Assembly (NCBI GenBank): GCA_904420215.1 | Contig: CAJFUR010000009.1 | Location: 1-58,674, forward strand | Direction: 5' to 3' | DNA: 58,674 bases | From: an uncultured Eggerthellaceae bacterium | Lineage (GTDB): Bacteria; Actinomycetota; Coriobacteriia; Coriobacteriales; Eggerthellaceae | In this document: in pieces, positions 10,128-20,043 of the stretch | Numbering within the stretch: the first letter of the stretch is position 1 | Layout of the letters: each line of letters opens with the position of its first letter | Program-made: the position numbers and the translations under genes | The notes under the pieces: generated by a model | Seen by the model: the letters and a program-made list of their open reading frames with translations, nothing else | What the model was told of the DNA's origin: nothing | Databases searched by the model: none

Positions 10128-10253
10128 GGATGTCCTTTCTTCGGAGTTCTCTCGTATGGCCCCGGCCCGCCGGACACGTCGCCGGCAGGCCGCTTGGATG
10201 CTTGGTCGTTCCGGCGGCCCGGCCGCGCAGGCCGGCCCCGCCGCGGCGCGGCG

Positions 10254-11606
10254 CTAGTTCTGGCTGGGGAAGTACAGCTCCACGCCGGCCACCTTCCACC
10301 CGATCATGTCGCGCACGAGCGACACCTTGTAGCGCACCTGGCCGCCTTCGGGCGTGTCGGCCGTCACGTAGGCGGTCGATTCGCCCATGGACTTGTCCAC
10401 CCCGTCGATGGCCACGTCGGCGTCCTGCTGGACCAGCTGGAGCATGGCCTCGGCGCTCTCGTCGCTCACGTCCTTGGCGAGCACGGATGCGCGCGCCGCG
10501 TCGGGATCGGCGAACAGCTGCTGCACCACGCTTTCCTGGCTGGGATAGCCGAAGCCCTGCGTGTAGGCGTACACGGCGGCGCCGAACGCCACCAGAACCA
10601 GCAGGATGAACACGACGAGCACCTTCAGGCCGACGTTTCTGCGCTTGCGCTCCTGCTTGGCCAGGCCGCGCGACCACTGCTCCAGCTCCTCGTCGCTGGC
10701 AGTGAAGAAGCGGTCGTCGGCCTCCTGGTAGCCGCCCGGGTAGCCCTGTTCGTAGGCGTCGGCATAGTAGTACGGGTCCTGCTCGGCGTAGCCGTAGGGG
10801 TCCTGGTCGGAATACACCGGCGCGCCGTCGGCCGTCACGTCCAGCCCGGACATGTCGGCCGTGGCGGGAATGACCTGCGTGAGCTCGGCCGTGCCTTGCG
10901 CCACCGCGGCGATGGCGCGCTGGTAGTCAACGCTGGCCGAGTCGGACAGGAAGTACGTCTTGTCGGCAATGGCCTGCTCGAAGGCGTTCACGGCCTTCTG
11001 CATCTGCCCGCTGGCCACGTAGGCCTGCCCCAAGTTGGCATAGAGCTTGTGGCGGATGTCGGGCGTCATGTCGAACTGCAGGGCGCTCTCGTAGGAGGCC
11101 ACCGCGTCGGCGGGGCGGTCGAGCGCCATGAAGCACACGCCCAGGTTCAGCAGCGCCTTGGTGGGATCGGGGTTGCCCTCGTCGAGCGCCGCCTCGCGGA
11201 AGGCCACGCCGGCCTCGGCCGACTTGCCCAGCTTCATGAGCGCGCTGCCCATGCCGGTGTAGGCCTTGTACGGCGTGTCGTACTTGGCGTCCGACACCGC
11301 GATCTCGAAGTGGCGCACCGCATGCTCGTAGTCGTGCAGCGCCGCGTAGGCCATGCCCAGGTTGTAGTTCACCGACCCGCACGCGTCGTAGGCGGCGTCG
11401 GCCGTGGCCTGCGTGTACGCGTGAATGGCCTCGCCCGGGTCCTTGAGCTTGATGAGGCAGTTGCCTATCTGGTGGTAGACGAGCCCCATTTCGCCCGGGG
11501 CAAGCCCCGCGCCGTCCTGGAGGCATTGCGTGAACGCGCCGAGGGCACCTTCGTAGTCCCGTGCCTGGTACAGCGCCCGCGCCCGATTGAATAGCTCGTT
11601 GTTCAT
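10254..11606 (-). CDS. Tetratricopeptide-repeat membrane protein
   Basis: Several TPR-like helices (YNLGMAY, LNLGVCF, ANLGQAY), an acidic Tyr-rich linker, one TM helix (LKVLVVFILLVLVAFGAAVY) and a C-terminal domain. Confidence 0.85.
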   Translation of the reverse strand: MNNELFNRARALYQARDYEGALGAFTQCLQDGAGLAPGEMGLVYHQIGNCLIKLKDPGEAIHAYTQATADAAYDACGSVNYNLGMAYAALHDYEHAVRHFEIAVSDAKYDTPYKAYTGMGSALMKLGKSAEAGVAFREAALDEGNPDPTKALLNLGVCFMALDRPADAVASYESALQFDMTPDIRHKLYANLGQAYVASGQMQKAVNAFEQAIADKTYFLSDSASVDYQRAIAAVAQGTAELTQVIPATADMSGLDVTADGAPVYSDQDPYGYAEQDPYYYADAYEQGYPGGYQEADDRFFTASDEELEQWSRGLAKQERKRRNVGLKVLVVFILLVLVAFGAAVYAYTQGFGYPSQESVVQQLFADPDAARASVLAKDVSDESAEAMLQLVQQDADVAIDGVDKSMGESTAYVTADTPEGGQVRYKVSLVRDMIGWKVAGVELYFPSQN

Positions 11607-11637
11607 CTGGATCCTTTGGGTCGAATGCGCCTGCAGG

Positions 11638-12171
11638 CTATTCCGCCGCGTTCTCGATCTCGATGCTCTCGATCACGTCGCCCACCCGCAGCTGTCCGAT
11701 GACGTCCATGCCTTCGATGGTCTGCCCGAACACCGTGTAGCCCGAGTCGAGCATGGGCTGCGCGCCCAGGCAGAAGTAGAACTGCGAGCCTGCGGAGTTG
11801 GGGTTCTGCGAGCGCGCCATGGCCAGCGCCCCGTCCTCGTGGCGATTGTTCGGGTTCGTGGTGAACTCCTCCTTGATGGAGTAGCCCGGTCCGCCCGTGC
11901 CCAGGCCCGCATAGGGGTTGCCCGCCGCCTTGACCACTTCCTCGGGGGAAAGCTCGCGCGTGTTCGGGCAGCCGCCCTGGATGACGAAGCCCGCCACGTA
12001 GCGGTGGAACTTCAGGTTGTCGTAAAAGCCCTTGCGCGCCAACTCGACGAAGTTGCCCACGTGGATGGGGGCGTCCTTGCCCGCAAGCTGCACGCGGATG
12101 GTGCCCTTCGACGTGTTGACGACGGCTATCTCCTCGCCGGTCGGCTGGTATTCGGGAGTGTACAGCGCCAT
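11638..12171 (-). CDS. Cyclophilin-type peptidyl-prolyl isomerase
   Basis: GFYDNLKFHRYVAGFVIQGGCP...GALAMARSQNPNSAGSQFYF...YTVFGQ. Confidence 0.95.
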   Translation of the reverse strand: MALYTPEYQPTGEEIAVVNTSKGTIRVQLAGKDAPIHVGNFVELARKGFYDNLKFHRYVAGFVIQGGCPNTRELSPEEVVKAAGNPYAGLGTGGPGYSIKEEFTTNPNNRHEDGALAMARSQNPNSAGSQFYFCLGAQPMLDSGYTVFGQTIEGMDVIGQLRVGDVIESIEIENAAE

Positions 12172-12426
12172 GGTTCGGCTCCTATCGCTTGCTCGGTTTC
12201 CGCTGCCGCGCCCGGCCGCGCGCCGCGCCCATGCCCGCGGCCCTTTTCGCATACGAGGGAAAAGTTTAGCAGTTGCAGGCGCCGACCGGGGAAAAACCTT
12301 ACAACATCCACGCGGAAGGCGCGCAAGCGGCGCGGCAGCGGGGGCAAGGGCGCCGGAGGCGGTGCGGGCGGGAAGCGGAGCGCGGGCGGCGGGGGCGCGC
12401 CGCGTGGGGCCGGGCGGGGGCGCGCC

Positions 12427-13755
12427 CTACCCCACGCGCTCGAACGTGCTCGACACCTCCACGTGGTAGGTCTGCGGGAACAGGTCCACGGGGCGCACGC
12501 GCGAAAGGCGGTACCCGCACGCCTCGAAGCGCGCCACGTCGCGCGCCCACGTGGCCACGTCGCAGCTGACGTAGGCCACGCGCGCGGGCGCGGCGCGGGC
12601 TATGTCCTCAACCACGCCCTTCGCCAGGCCGGCACGGGGCGGGTCCACCACCAGGAAATCGAGTTCGCCCAAATCGGGAAGCTCGCGCGCCGCGTCGCCG
12701 CCGACGACCTCCACGTCAACGCCGTTGCGCTCGGCGTTGCGGCGCAGGTCGCGCACGGCCGGGCCGGAGGACTCCACCGCCACCACGTCGGCGCCCAGGC
12801 GCGCAAGAGACACCGAGAACGTGCCCACCCCCGCGTACAAGTCGGCCACGAACGCGCCCGCGAGCGCGTCCCCGCCGCCCAGCCCCGCGCACGCGTCTTC
12901 CACCAAACGCTCGGCCTGCGCCGTGTTCACTTGGAAGAAAGACGGCGCCGCGGCGCCCAGGCGCGCGCCGGCCAAGTCCTCCTCCCACCAGCCGCGCCCC
13001 TCCAGCGCCTCGACGCCCTTGACGGCGCGGGCGCGGCCGGGGTCGGCCAGAACGCGCACCACACTCGTGGCCCGCAGCGCGCTTTTCATCATGCGCGCCA
13101 CATGCGTGCGCGGGAAGGGGCCGGGGCGTGTCCACAGGGCGACCTCCACGTCGTGGGTGCGCAGGCTGCCGCGCACGCCCACGCGGAAGATGCCCAGGTC
13201 CTGCGCCCCCTGGGCGAAGCGGAGCGCGCCCTGCAGCGCCTTGGGCGCGCGGGCGATGCACGCGTGCGCGAGCGGACAGGACGCGGGCGTGTCCAGTTCG
13301 TGGGTGCCCTCGCGGTAAAACCCGAGCACGAGCCGCCCCTGCGCGTCGGCGCCCGCCCCCATTTCCAGCTTGTTGCGATACCCCCACGTGCGCTTGCTGG
13401 GAATGCAGGGCAGCACCAGCTCCTCGGCGCGCTCGGCGCCGAGGCGCGCCGTGCGCGCGAGCGCGTCCGCCACGTTGGCGCGCTTGGCCTCAAGCTGCGC
13501 CTCGTAGGACAGGTGCGCCCACGGGCAGCCCCCACAGGACGCCTTGCACGCCGAGCCTTCCCGCGCGCGTGCGGGCGAAGGCTCCAGCACGCGCTCGACG
13601 CGGGCGCGGGCGAACGCCGTCTTCTCCTCCGTGACCTGCACTTCCACCACGTCGCCGGGGGCGGCGCCCTCCACGAACACCGTCTTTCCGTCCGCGCGCC
13701 GCCCCACGGCGGCACTGCCGTAGCCCATGCGCTCCACCGTTATGCGCTCGCCCAT
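12427..13755 (-). CDS. rlmD: 23S rRNA (uracil-C5)-methyltransferase, RlmD/RumA family
   Basis: TRAM-like N-terminus, CKASCGGC, YRNKLE, SFFQVN, DLYAGVGTF, VDPPRAGL, YVSCD and DLFPQTYHVE. Confidence 0.9.
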   Translation of the reverse strand: MGERITVERMGYGSAAVGRRADGKTVFVEGAAPGDVVEVQVTEEKTAFARARVERVLEPSPARAREGSACKASCGGCPWAHLSYEAQLEAKRANVADALARTARLGAERAEELVLPCIPSKRTWGYRNKLEMGAGADAQGRLVLGFYREGTHELDTPASCPLAHACIARAPKALQGALRFAQGAQDLGIFRVGVRGSLRTHDVEVALWTRPGPFPRTHVARMMKSALRATSVVRVLADPGRARAVKGVEALEGRGWWEEDLAGARLGAAAPSFFQVNTAQAERLVEDACAGLGGGDALAGAFVADLYAGVGTFSVSLARLGADVVAVESSGPAVRDLRRNAERNGVDVEVVGGDAARELPDLGELDFLVVDPPRAGLAKGVVEDIARAAPARVAYVSCDVATWARDVARFEACGYRLSRVRPVDLFPQTYHVEVSSTFERVG

Positions 13756-14110
13756 CGTGCACGCTCCTTGCCAACCCGTCGAATGCCCCGAACGTCCCGA
13801 ATGCCCGTGCCCGCTGCGCGCCACAGCGGGCACGAGACGCGCCCTTGCCGCGGCCGCGGCGCACCGTGGCCGCGCGCCAGGGTGCGCCACGAGGCGAAAC
13901 GCCCGCGGCCAATGGTGCCCGATGATAGCACATGGCGCCCCGCCGCGCCAAACACCCGCCAAATGCCGTACAATGCCAGCCAGCGGGAAAGGCCGCCCAG
14001 GCTTCGGGAGGCATGGGCCGAAGGACGCGCTGCGGGATAGCCCCGCTGGCAAGACGGCAGGCGGTCGGCAACATCCGCGGAAGGACTGGCGGAGACGGGA
14101 CGGAGGGGCA

Positions 14111-14674
14111 ATGGCCCACGGGGCGAAAGTCAGGGACGCGCGACTGCAAGACGCCGGGCGCATTCTGGAAATCTATGCGCACTACGTCAAGAACACCGCA
14201 GTCACCTTCGAGTGCGGCGTCCCCGCGCCTGCGAACTTCCGGGCGCGCATGGAGCGGACGATGGCACGCTACCCCTACCTCGTGGCGGAAGAAGGCGACA
14301 CGGTGCAGGGCTTCGCCTATGCGGGCCCCCTCTCGGCGCGCAAAGCCTACGACTGGTCGTGCGAGACGACGGTGTACCTCCACCCGGACGCACGGGGGCG
14401 CGGCTGGGGCAGGCGGCTCTACGAAGCACTCGGGGAAAGACTGCGGGAGATGGGCGTGACGAACCTCTACGCCTGCGTGGCGCGCCCAGAGTCGCCCGAC
14501 GAGTATCTGGACGAAAGAAGCCTGGGATTCCATGCCCACATGGGCTTCGAGCGCGTGGGCGAGTTCCACGCGTGCGGGCACAAGTTCGGCCGATGGTACA
14601 ACGTGGTCTGGATGGAGAAGGTCATAGGGCGACATGTGGAATGCCAGCCACCCGTCGCGTTCCCCGAAGCCTGA
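14111..14674 (+). CDS. GNAT N-acetyltransferase (phosphinothricin/YncA-like)
   Basis: IYAHYVKNTAVTFE, AYDWSCETTVYL, RGRGWGRRLY and GHKFGRWYNVVWMEK; SD GGAGG. Confidence 0.9.
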   Translation: MAHGAKVRDARLQDAGRILEIYAHYVKNTAVTFECGVPAPANFRARMERTMARYPYLVAEEGDTVQGFAYAGPLSARKAYDWSCETTVYLHPDARGRGWGRRLYEALGERLREMGVTNLYACVARPESPDEYLDERSLGFHAHMGFERVGEFHACGHKFGRWYNVVWMEKVIGRHVECQPPVAFPEA

Positions 14675-14844
14675 CGCGGCAAGGACGGCCGACGCGCCGG
14701 CTGGGCTCGGTTGCAGGCCATGAACCGCCGTGACGCACGCGCGGCGCGGTGCCGAGGCAAATCGACAGGCCGGCAGGTGGTGAATTCTGCAAGAGTTGTG
14801 GCGGGTTCCCGTTTTGACGGCGATGGCGTATAATGCACAGCCGT

Positions 14845-14920
14845 GCCCTTGTAGCTCAGGGGATAGAGCGTCTGCCTCCGGAGCAGAAAGCCGCAGGTTC
14901 GAATCCTGTCAAGGGCACCA
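14845..14920 (+). tRNA. tRNA-Arg(CCG)
   Basis: GCCCTTG acceptor, anticodon arm TCTGC-CTCCGGA-GCAGA, GGTTCGAATCC, encoded CCA; TATAAT at 14829-14834. Confidence 0.97.
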
Positions 14921-15102
14921 CGAAAACGCGAGGCCGGAAGTCTGGTTGCTTCCGGCCTCTTTTCGTCCAGGGCGCATTGTGACCAGAAACCCTGAAAATG
15001 ACACGGGCTTTTCCCGATTGCGAACCTGCGGCCCGTTTTCCCGGCCCGTCGCGCGTCTCATAACCTTCTCCCTTTTCCCTGGTCGGTTAGCGGTTTTTTC
15101 TC
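14921..15102 (+). repeat. tRNA 3'-associated ~180 bp repeat, copy 1 (starts with a terminator hairpin)
   Basis: Aligns with the reverse complement of 26597-26779. Confidence 0.85.
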
Positions 15103-15117
15103 CAGGCGAGCGGTGCG

Positions 15118-15135
15118 TATACCCATAGGGGTATA
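15118..15135. promoter_or_regulatory. CsoR/RcnR-type operator-like palindrome
   Basis: TATACCCATAGGGGTATA: AT-rich inverted ends around C/G tracts. Confidence 0.55.
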
Positions 15136-15178
15136 TGTGCACAAGGACAGCGAACGGCACACGGTTCGCACAGGCGCA

Positions 15179-15622
15179 TCAATTGCGAGTTTCCGCGCCC
15201 TCGGCTCCCTCGGCCTCGTCGTCGTCCGCGCCGGCCTCGCCGGCGTCGAGAAACTTCTTGCGGGTCACGAAGTTCCACACCATGACCAGAAACGTGGCGA
15301 CTATCTTCACCACGAGGTAGTGGATGCCCAGCCATTCCACGCCCGCCCACATGCACGCGTTGTTGATCCCCAGGCCAACGACCGAAAGCACCACGAACAC
15401 GGCGAACTCGCGCCGGCGGCTCATGCCCTCCTTGTGCCGGAACACGTAACGCATGGACGCCGCATAGTTGAACGCCACGGAAACGGTGAACGACACGGTG
15501 GCGCTGAGAAGGTAGTTGACGCCGAACGCCTCGGTCAGAAGCGCCAGCAGGCCGTAGTCGATGACGAACGCCACCGCGCCCACCACGCCGAACTTCATGA
15601 TCTGTGCAAGAAGCCTCCGCAT
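15179..15622 (-). CDS. GtrA-family membrane protein
   Basis: QIMKFGVVGAVAFVIDY...FNYAASMRYVF...KIVATFLVMVWNFVTRK; four hydrophobic segments. Confidence 0.92.
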   Translation of the reverse strand: MRRLLAQIMKFGVVGAVAFVIDYGLLALLTEAFGVNYLLSATVSFTVSVAFNYAASMRYVFRHKEGMSRRREFAVFVVLSVVGLGINNACMWAGVEWLGIHYLVVKIVATFLVMVWNFVTRKKFLDAGEAGADDDEAEGAEGAETRN

Positions 15623-15679
15623 GCGCACCCGCTTCCCCGCCTGCCCGCCTGCAGGGCGCACGGGGCGCGCGCCGGGCGG

Positions 15680-17551
15680 CTATTCGTCCAGAAACCCGTT
15701 TATTGTGTCATAAATCGTGCGCGCATCAAGGGGTTTGCTGATATGCCCATCCATTCCATGCGAAAGGCTCTCCGCCTCGTCCTGCCGAAACGCCCGCGCC
15801 GTCAGGGCGATGACGGGAACCGTGCGCGCATCGGGCCGCGCGAGCGCGCGCAGCGCCTCGGTGGCCTCGTAGCCGTCCATGACCGGCATCTGCACGTCCA
15901 TGAGCACCGCGTCGAAATGCCCCGGAGGCGACGCGGAGAACCGCGCCAGCGCCTCGCGGCCGTCCGTCGCCGTTTCCACGCGCGCGCCGCCCATCTCCAG
16001 AAGCTCGCGGGCGATTTCCAAATTGAGCGGCGTGTCCTCCACCACGAGCAGCCGCCTCCCGACAAGCGGCCCGTGCGCGCCGAGGGCGGCGGGACGGGCG
16101 GGAGCGGGGCATTGGGTGGGGCGCGGGGTGGAGTCCTGCCCGGAAGCGGGAGCACTGGCCGAGGCGCTGGCGGGCGCGGGCGCAGAACCGGCTTCGGGCG
16201 GCACGTTCGCCGGGGCGTCGGCTGCTTCGGGCGTTTCGGGCGTCGGAACGCCGGCGGCTTCGGGCATGGCGCACGCCGGCGCGACCCCGGCCGCGGTCGC
16301 GCCGCCTGCCGGGGCGTCGGCGGCTTCGGGCGCACAGGCGCCGAAGGGCAGCACTGCGGAGAAGACGGAACCCCGCCCCACCTCGCTTTCCACCCCAATG
16401 GCGCCACCCATCAGCTCGACCAGCCGCTTCGTGATGGCAAGCCCGAGGCCGGTGCCGCCGTGCAGGCGGGCAACCTGGTCGTCCTCTTGCTCGAACGAGT
16501 CGAATATGCGCTCCACGTTCTCCGGATGGATGCCGCAGCCCGTGTCCTCCACGGAAAGGCGGAGCCACTGCGCCTGCCCGCCCGCCGCGCCGGATGCCGT
16601 CTCAGGCGCCCCCGGCTCCCCACCGCCGGGTCCTTCCGCAACTTGGAGGCGCAGGGCCACCCGCCCGCCGGCGCCGGTGAACTTGAGCGCGTTGCCCACG
16701 AGGTTGTAGACGACCTGCCCCAGGCGCAGGACGTCCCCCTCCAGCAAAGGCGGCACGTCTTCGGCCACCTGCGAGCAGTAGGCTATCCCCCGCTCGCGCG
16801 CCTGCGCGGCGAAGTGGGCGTCCTGCGCCGCCACGAACGCCCGCACGTCGAAGGGGCGCAGGGAAAGCCCCAACTTGCCGCTTTCCACCTTGCTCATGTC
16901 CAGCACGTCGTTCACCAGCGAGAGCAGGTGGCGGGACGATGCCTCCACCTCGTTCAGGCACGCGCGCACCTTCTCGTCGTCGCCGAGGCTGCGCTGCGCG
17001 ATGGCCGTCATGCCCATGATGCCGTTCAGGGGCGTGCGTATCTCATGGGACATGCGCGAGAGGAATTCGCTTTTCGCCGAGCTCGCGTCGCGGGCGCGCG
17101 ACAGGGCCTCTTCGGCGCGGCCGCACTCGTCGGCGAGGCGCCGCTCGCTGCGGGACGCCATGCGGTAGAACGCCACGAAGACCGCGCAGATGACGGCCGC
17201 CAGCACCGCCGCGGCCACCAGGCCCCCCATGGCGGGATCGACCGGAAGGGACGCCTGCGCCTGCACCTTGGACGCAGCGGGCCGCCCGCCTGCGGAAACG
17301 GCCGCCACGGCGCCGCCGCGTGCGGGCACCTGCTCCCGCACGGCCGCCCCCGCGCCTTCGGCCTGCGCCGCGGAGGCCCCGGCGGCGAAGTGCGCCGCCA
17401 GAAGCACGATCACCGCAAGAAGGGCGGCGGTCAGGCACGCCACCGCAATGGGAAAGGCAAGGGAGCGCCTGTTCGCTGCAGCATGCGCTTTCAACCCGTC
17501 CGGCACCTCCTCGGCCACGTCGTCCCGGCCAATTCTACCGCCGCGGCGCAT
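15680..17551 (-). CDS. Hybrid sensor histidine kinase/response regulator (start uncertain)
   Basis: Two TM segments; H-box FLSRMSHEIRTPLNG; NLVGNALKFT, DTGCGI and GGTGLGLAI; receiver VLMDVQMPVMDG. Confidence 0.9.
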   Translation of the reverse strand: MRRGGRIGRDDVAEEVPDGLKAHAAANRRSLAFPIAVACLTAALLAVIVLLAAHFAAGASAAQAEGAGAAVREQVPARGGAVAAVSAGGRPAASKVQAQASLPVDPAMGGLVAAAVLAAVICAVFVAFYRMASRSERRLADECGRAEEALSRARDASSAKSEFLSRMSHEIRTPLNGIMGMTAIAQRSLGDDEKVRACLNEVEASSRHLLSLVNDVLDMSKVESGKLGLSLRPFDVRAFVAAQDAHFAAQARERGIAYCSQVAEDVPPLLEGDVLRLGQVVYNLVGNALKFTGAGGRVALRLQVAEGPGGGEPGAPETASGAAGGQAQWLRLSVEDTGCGIHPENVERIFDSFEQEDDQVARLHGGTGLGLAITKRLVELMGGAIGVESEVGRGSVFSAVLPFGACAPEAADAPAGGATAAGVAPACAMPEAAGVPTPETPEAADAPANVPPEAGSAPAPASASASAPASGQDSTPRPTQCPAPARPAALGAHGPLVGRRLLVVEDTPLNLEIARELLEMGGARVETATDGREALARFSASPPGHFDAVLMDVQMPVMDGYEATEALRALARPDARTVPVIALTARAFRQDEAESLSHGMDGHISKPLDARTIYDTINGFLDE

Positions 17552-18060
17552 GCCGCCACTTGACCGGCGGGAAACGGGTCGTTCACCGTCCGATGTCCTC
17601 CGCGCGCACGCGTCGGCCATTTGCGGGCGCGCAGGGCAAGCATGCGGGCGCGGCGGCCACGCCCGGAACCGACGGGCGGGCCGCCCCGTTTCGCGGGGCG
17701 CACGGAGCAGGGGCAGACGCGCAGGAAGGCGCAACCCGCCACGGCGGGCGCTTCCAGGGCCACACGGGCACGGGCAAGCGCGGAGGCTGCGTCTTTCGCG
17801 GGCGCGCAGCCTGGAGAGGGCGCGGCGCGAGAACGCCCGCCCCGTGCGCCGCGCTCCCTGCGCGCCGGATCCGCAAGGCGCCGGCGTTTTCCGGATTCGG
17901 AGGATTCGGCGCACGGCGGGTGGCGCGGCGAACCCTCATCGGGTAGCATGGAGCTTCACGTTGCCCGAAACGCGCAGGCGCCCCGCAGCCCATCGCCCGC
18001 GGCTTCCCCAAGCCGAAGCCGCGGCAAGGACGCGGGGCGGCGCAGCAAGGAGACCCGCCC

Positions 18061-19188
18061 GTGAACCGCGAAACCGCAAGCCCCGCCCCCGGCACGCCCG
18101 CCCAGGCGGCGGACGCCGCAAGCCCCGCCGCCTTGCCGCCCACCGGGGCCGCCCAGGCCGCCCAGGCCCCGGACGCCGGCGCGCATGACGCCGCAAGCGC
18201 CCCGGAAGGCGGCATGCCCTCGGTGGCCGTGCTCGTACCCTGCTACAACGAGGCCCCGACCATCGGCAAGGTGGTGGACGACTTCCGCGCCGCGCTGCCC
18301 GGGGCCGCCGTCTACGTGTACGACAACAACTCGTCGGACGGCACCGGGCGCATAGCGGCCGCGCACGGCGCCATCGTGCGCACCGAGCGCCGGCAAGGCA
18401 AGGGCAACGTGGTGCGCCAGATGCTGCGCGACATAGACGCCGACTACTACGTCATGGTGGACGGCGACGACACCTACCCCGCCGAAGCCGCGCCGGCGCT
18501 GCTCGCCCCCCTTCTGGCCGATGAGGCCGACATGTGCGTGGGCGACCGCCTCTCGAATGGCACCTACGGCCAGGAGAACGACCGGGCCTTCCACGGTTTC
18601 GGCAACAACCTCGTGCGCCGGCTCATCAAGCTCCTGTACGGCTTCGAGTTCAAGGACGTCATGACGGGCTACCGCGCGTTCAACGCCGTGTTCGCCAAGA
18701 CCATGCCGGTGCTCTCCCCCGGCTTCGAGATAGAAACGGAGCTTTCCATCCACGCTGTGGACAAGCGCTGGCGCATCGCCGAGGTGCCCATCGACTACCG
18801 CGACCGGCCCGAGGGCAGCGTCTCGAAGCTCTCCACGTTCTCCGATGGCACGAAGGTGCTGCTCACCATCCTGTCGCTGTTCAAGGACTACCGCCCGCTC
18901 GCGCTTTTCAGCTGGCTTGCGCTCGCGTTCTGCGTGCTGGGCCTGATTGCCGGCGTGCCTGTGGTGGTGGAGTTCGCGGCCACGGGGTTGGTGCCCAAGC
19001 TGCCGAGCGCGCTTCTGGCCGTGGCCCTGGTATTCGTGGGGGTGCTCTGCTTCGCCTCGGGGCTCATCCTCGACACGGTGGTGAAGGGAACGCGCAAGGA
19101 ATACGAACTCGAAGTGACCCGCGCCTACGAGCGGTATGCGCGGCGCGGGGAAGGCGCTTTTCGCCAGGGGCAAGGCGGAATCCGATAA
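18061..19188 (+). CDS. GT2 glycosyltransferase (polyprenol-phosphate glycosyltransferase-like)
   Basis: VLVPCYNEA, VYDNNSSDGT, MVDGDDTY, DVMTGYR and two C-terminal TM helices. The start could be 18214. Confidence 0.92.
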   Translation: MNRETASPAPGTPAQAADAASPAALPPTGAAQAAQAPDAGAHDAASAPEGGMPSVAVLVPCYNEAPTIGKVVDDFRAALPGAAVYVYDNNSSDGTGRIAAAHGAIVRTERRQGKGNVVRQMLRDIDADYYVMVDGDDTYPAEAAPALLAPLLADEADMCVGDRLSNGTYGQENDRAFHGFGNNLVRRLIKLLYGFEFKDVMTGYRAFNAVFAKTMPVLSPGFEIETELSIHAVDKRWRIAEVPIDYRDRPEGSVSKLSTFSDGTKVLLTILSLFKDYRPLALFSWLALAFCVLGLIAGVPVVVEFAATGLVPKLPSALLAVALVFVGVLCFASGLILDTVVKGTRKEYELEVTRAYERYARRGEGAFRQGQGGIR

Positions 19189-19485
19189 AGGGCCCGAGTG
19201 GGCGGTCGCGCTCCCCGCAAGCGTCCGCCTTGCCCGTCGCCTGTATTGTAACAGCCGGAAAATTCGAATATCAGTCGTGATTTGTCCTGCACAGCGCAGG
19301 AAAATAAAGGTTGCGGCTCCGGTCAACGTAACCTATGGGTTACGTTCCGCACGGAAGGGAGAGGCGCGAACGCATGCTGGCGGGAGCGGGGATGCGAGGG
19401 CGGGCCTCGGAGATGCAGGCCGGCGCGAAGGCGGGCCGGCGCCAATGGCCGGCGCCGCGCCTGCGCAAAAATGCCGCTGGCAAAG

Positions 19486-19516
19486 AAAAAGGTCAGAAGC
19501 AAAAGACTTCTGACCT
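19486..19516 (-). terminator. Terminator after tRNA-Val
   Basis: The minus strand reads AGGTCAGAAGTCTTTTGCTTCTGACCTTTTT. Confidence 0.8.
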
Positions 19517-19525
19517 GCTGTTTCA

Positions 19526-19600
19526 TGGTGGTCGCTACAGGATTTGAACCTGTGACCCCCGCCGTGTGAAGGCGATGCTCTCCCGCTGAGCCAAGCGACC
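19526..19600 (-). tRNA. tRNA-Val(CAC)
   Basis: Reverse complement GGTCGCTTGGCTCAGCGGGAGAGCATCGCCTTCACACGGCGGGGGTCACAGGTTCAAATCCTGTAGCGACCACCA. Confidence 0.97.
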
Positions 19601-20043
19601 ATGTTTCCCGGCGGCAGGCGATCAAAAAACCGCCGCTCCGTTCGGTGCCAAAGTATTGTACCGGTACCGGGCCGCAAGCGCAAGGGTCGATTTCGGCGAG
19701 TTTCAAGAAAACCCACATCCCCCACACGAACGCCGCCACCGCCGCCCGCCCGCCGCAAGCCCCCGACGGCGGACGCGCCTCGGCAGGCTTCCCACCCGGT
19801 TGGCCCGGCGCAGCCCGCCCGCAAGGATCCCGGCCCGCCACCCACGCCGCGCAATCCCGGCCGGCGCGCCGAGGACGCGCATCGCCCAGGCACCGCGCCC
19901 GGCCGGCCGCCACGCGCGCGCCCGCGGTCGCGCGCCCCCGTCGCACCCGAGTTGCCGTCGTGAACGTGTTCGCGGACGACCCGCACCCGCGGTTGCGCGC
20001 CCCCCGCCGTGCCCGAGCGCAGAGCCCGCCGCCACAACCCGCG

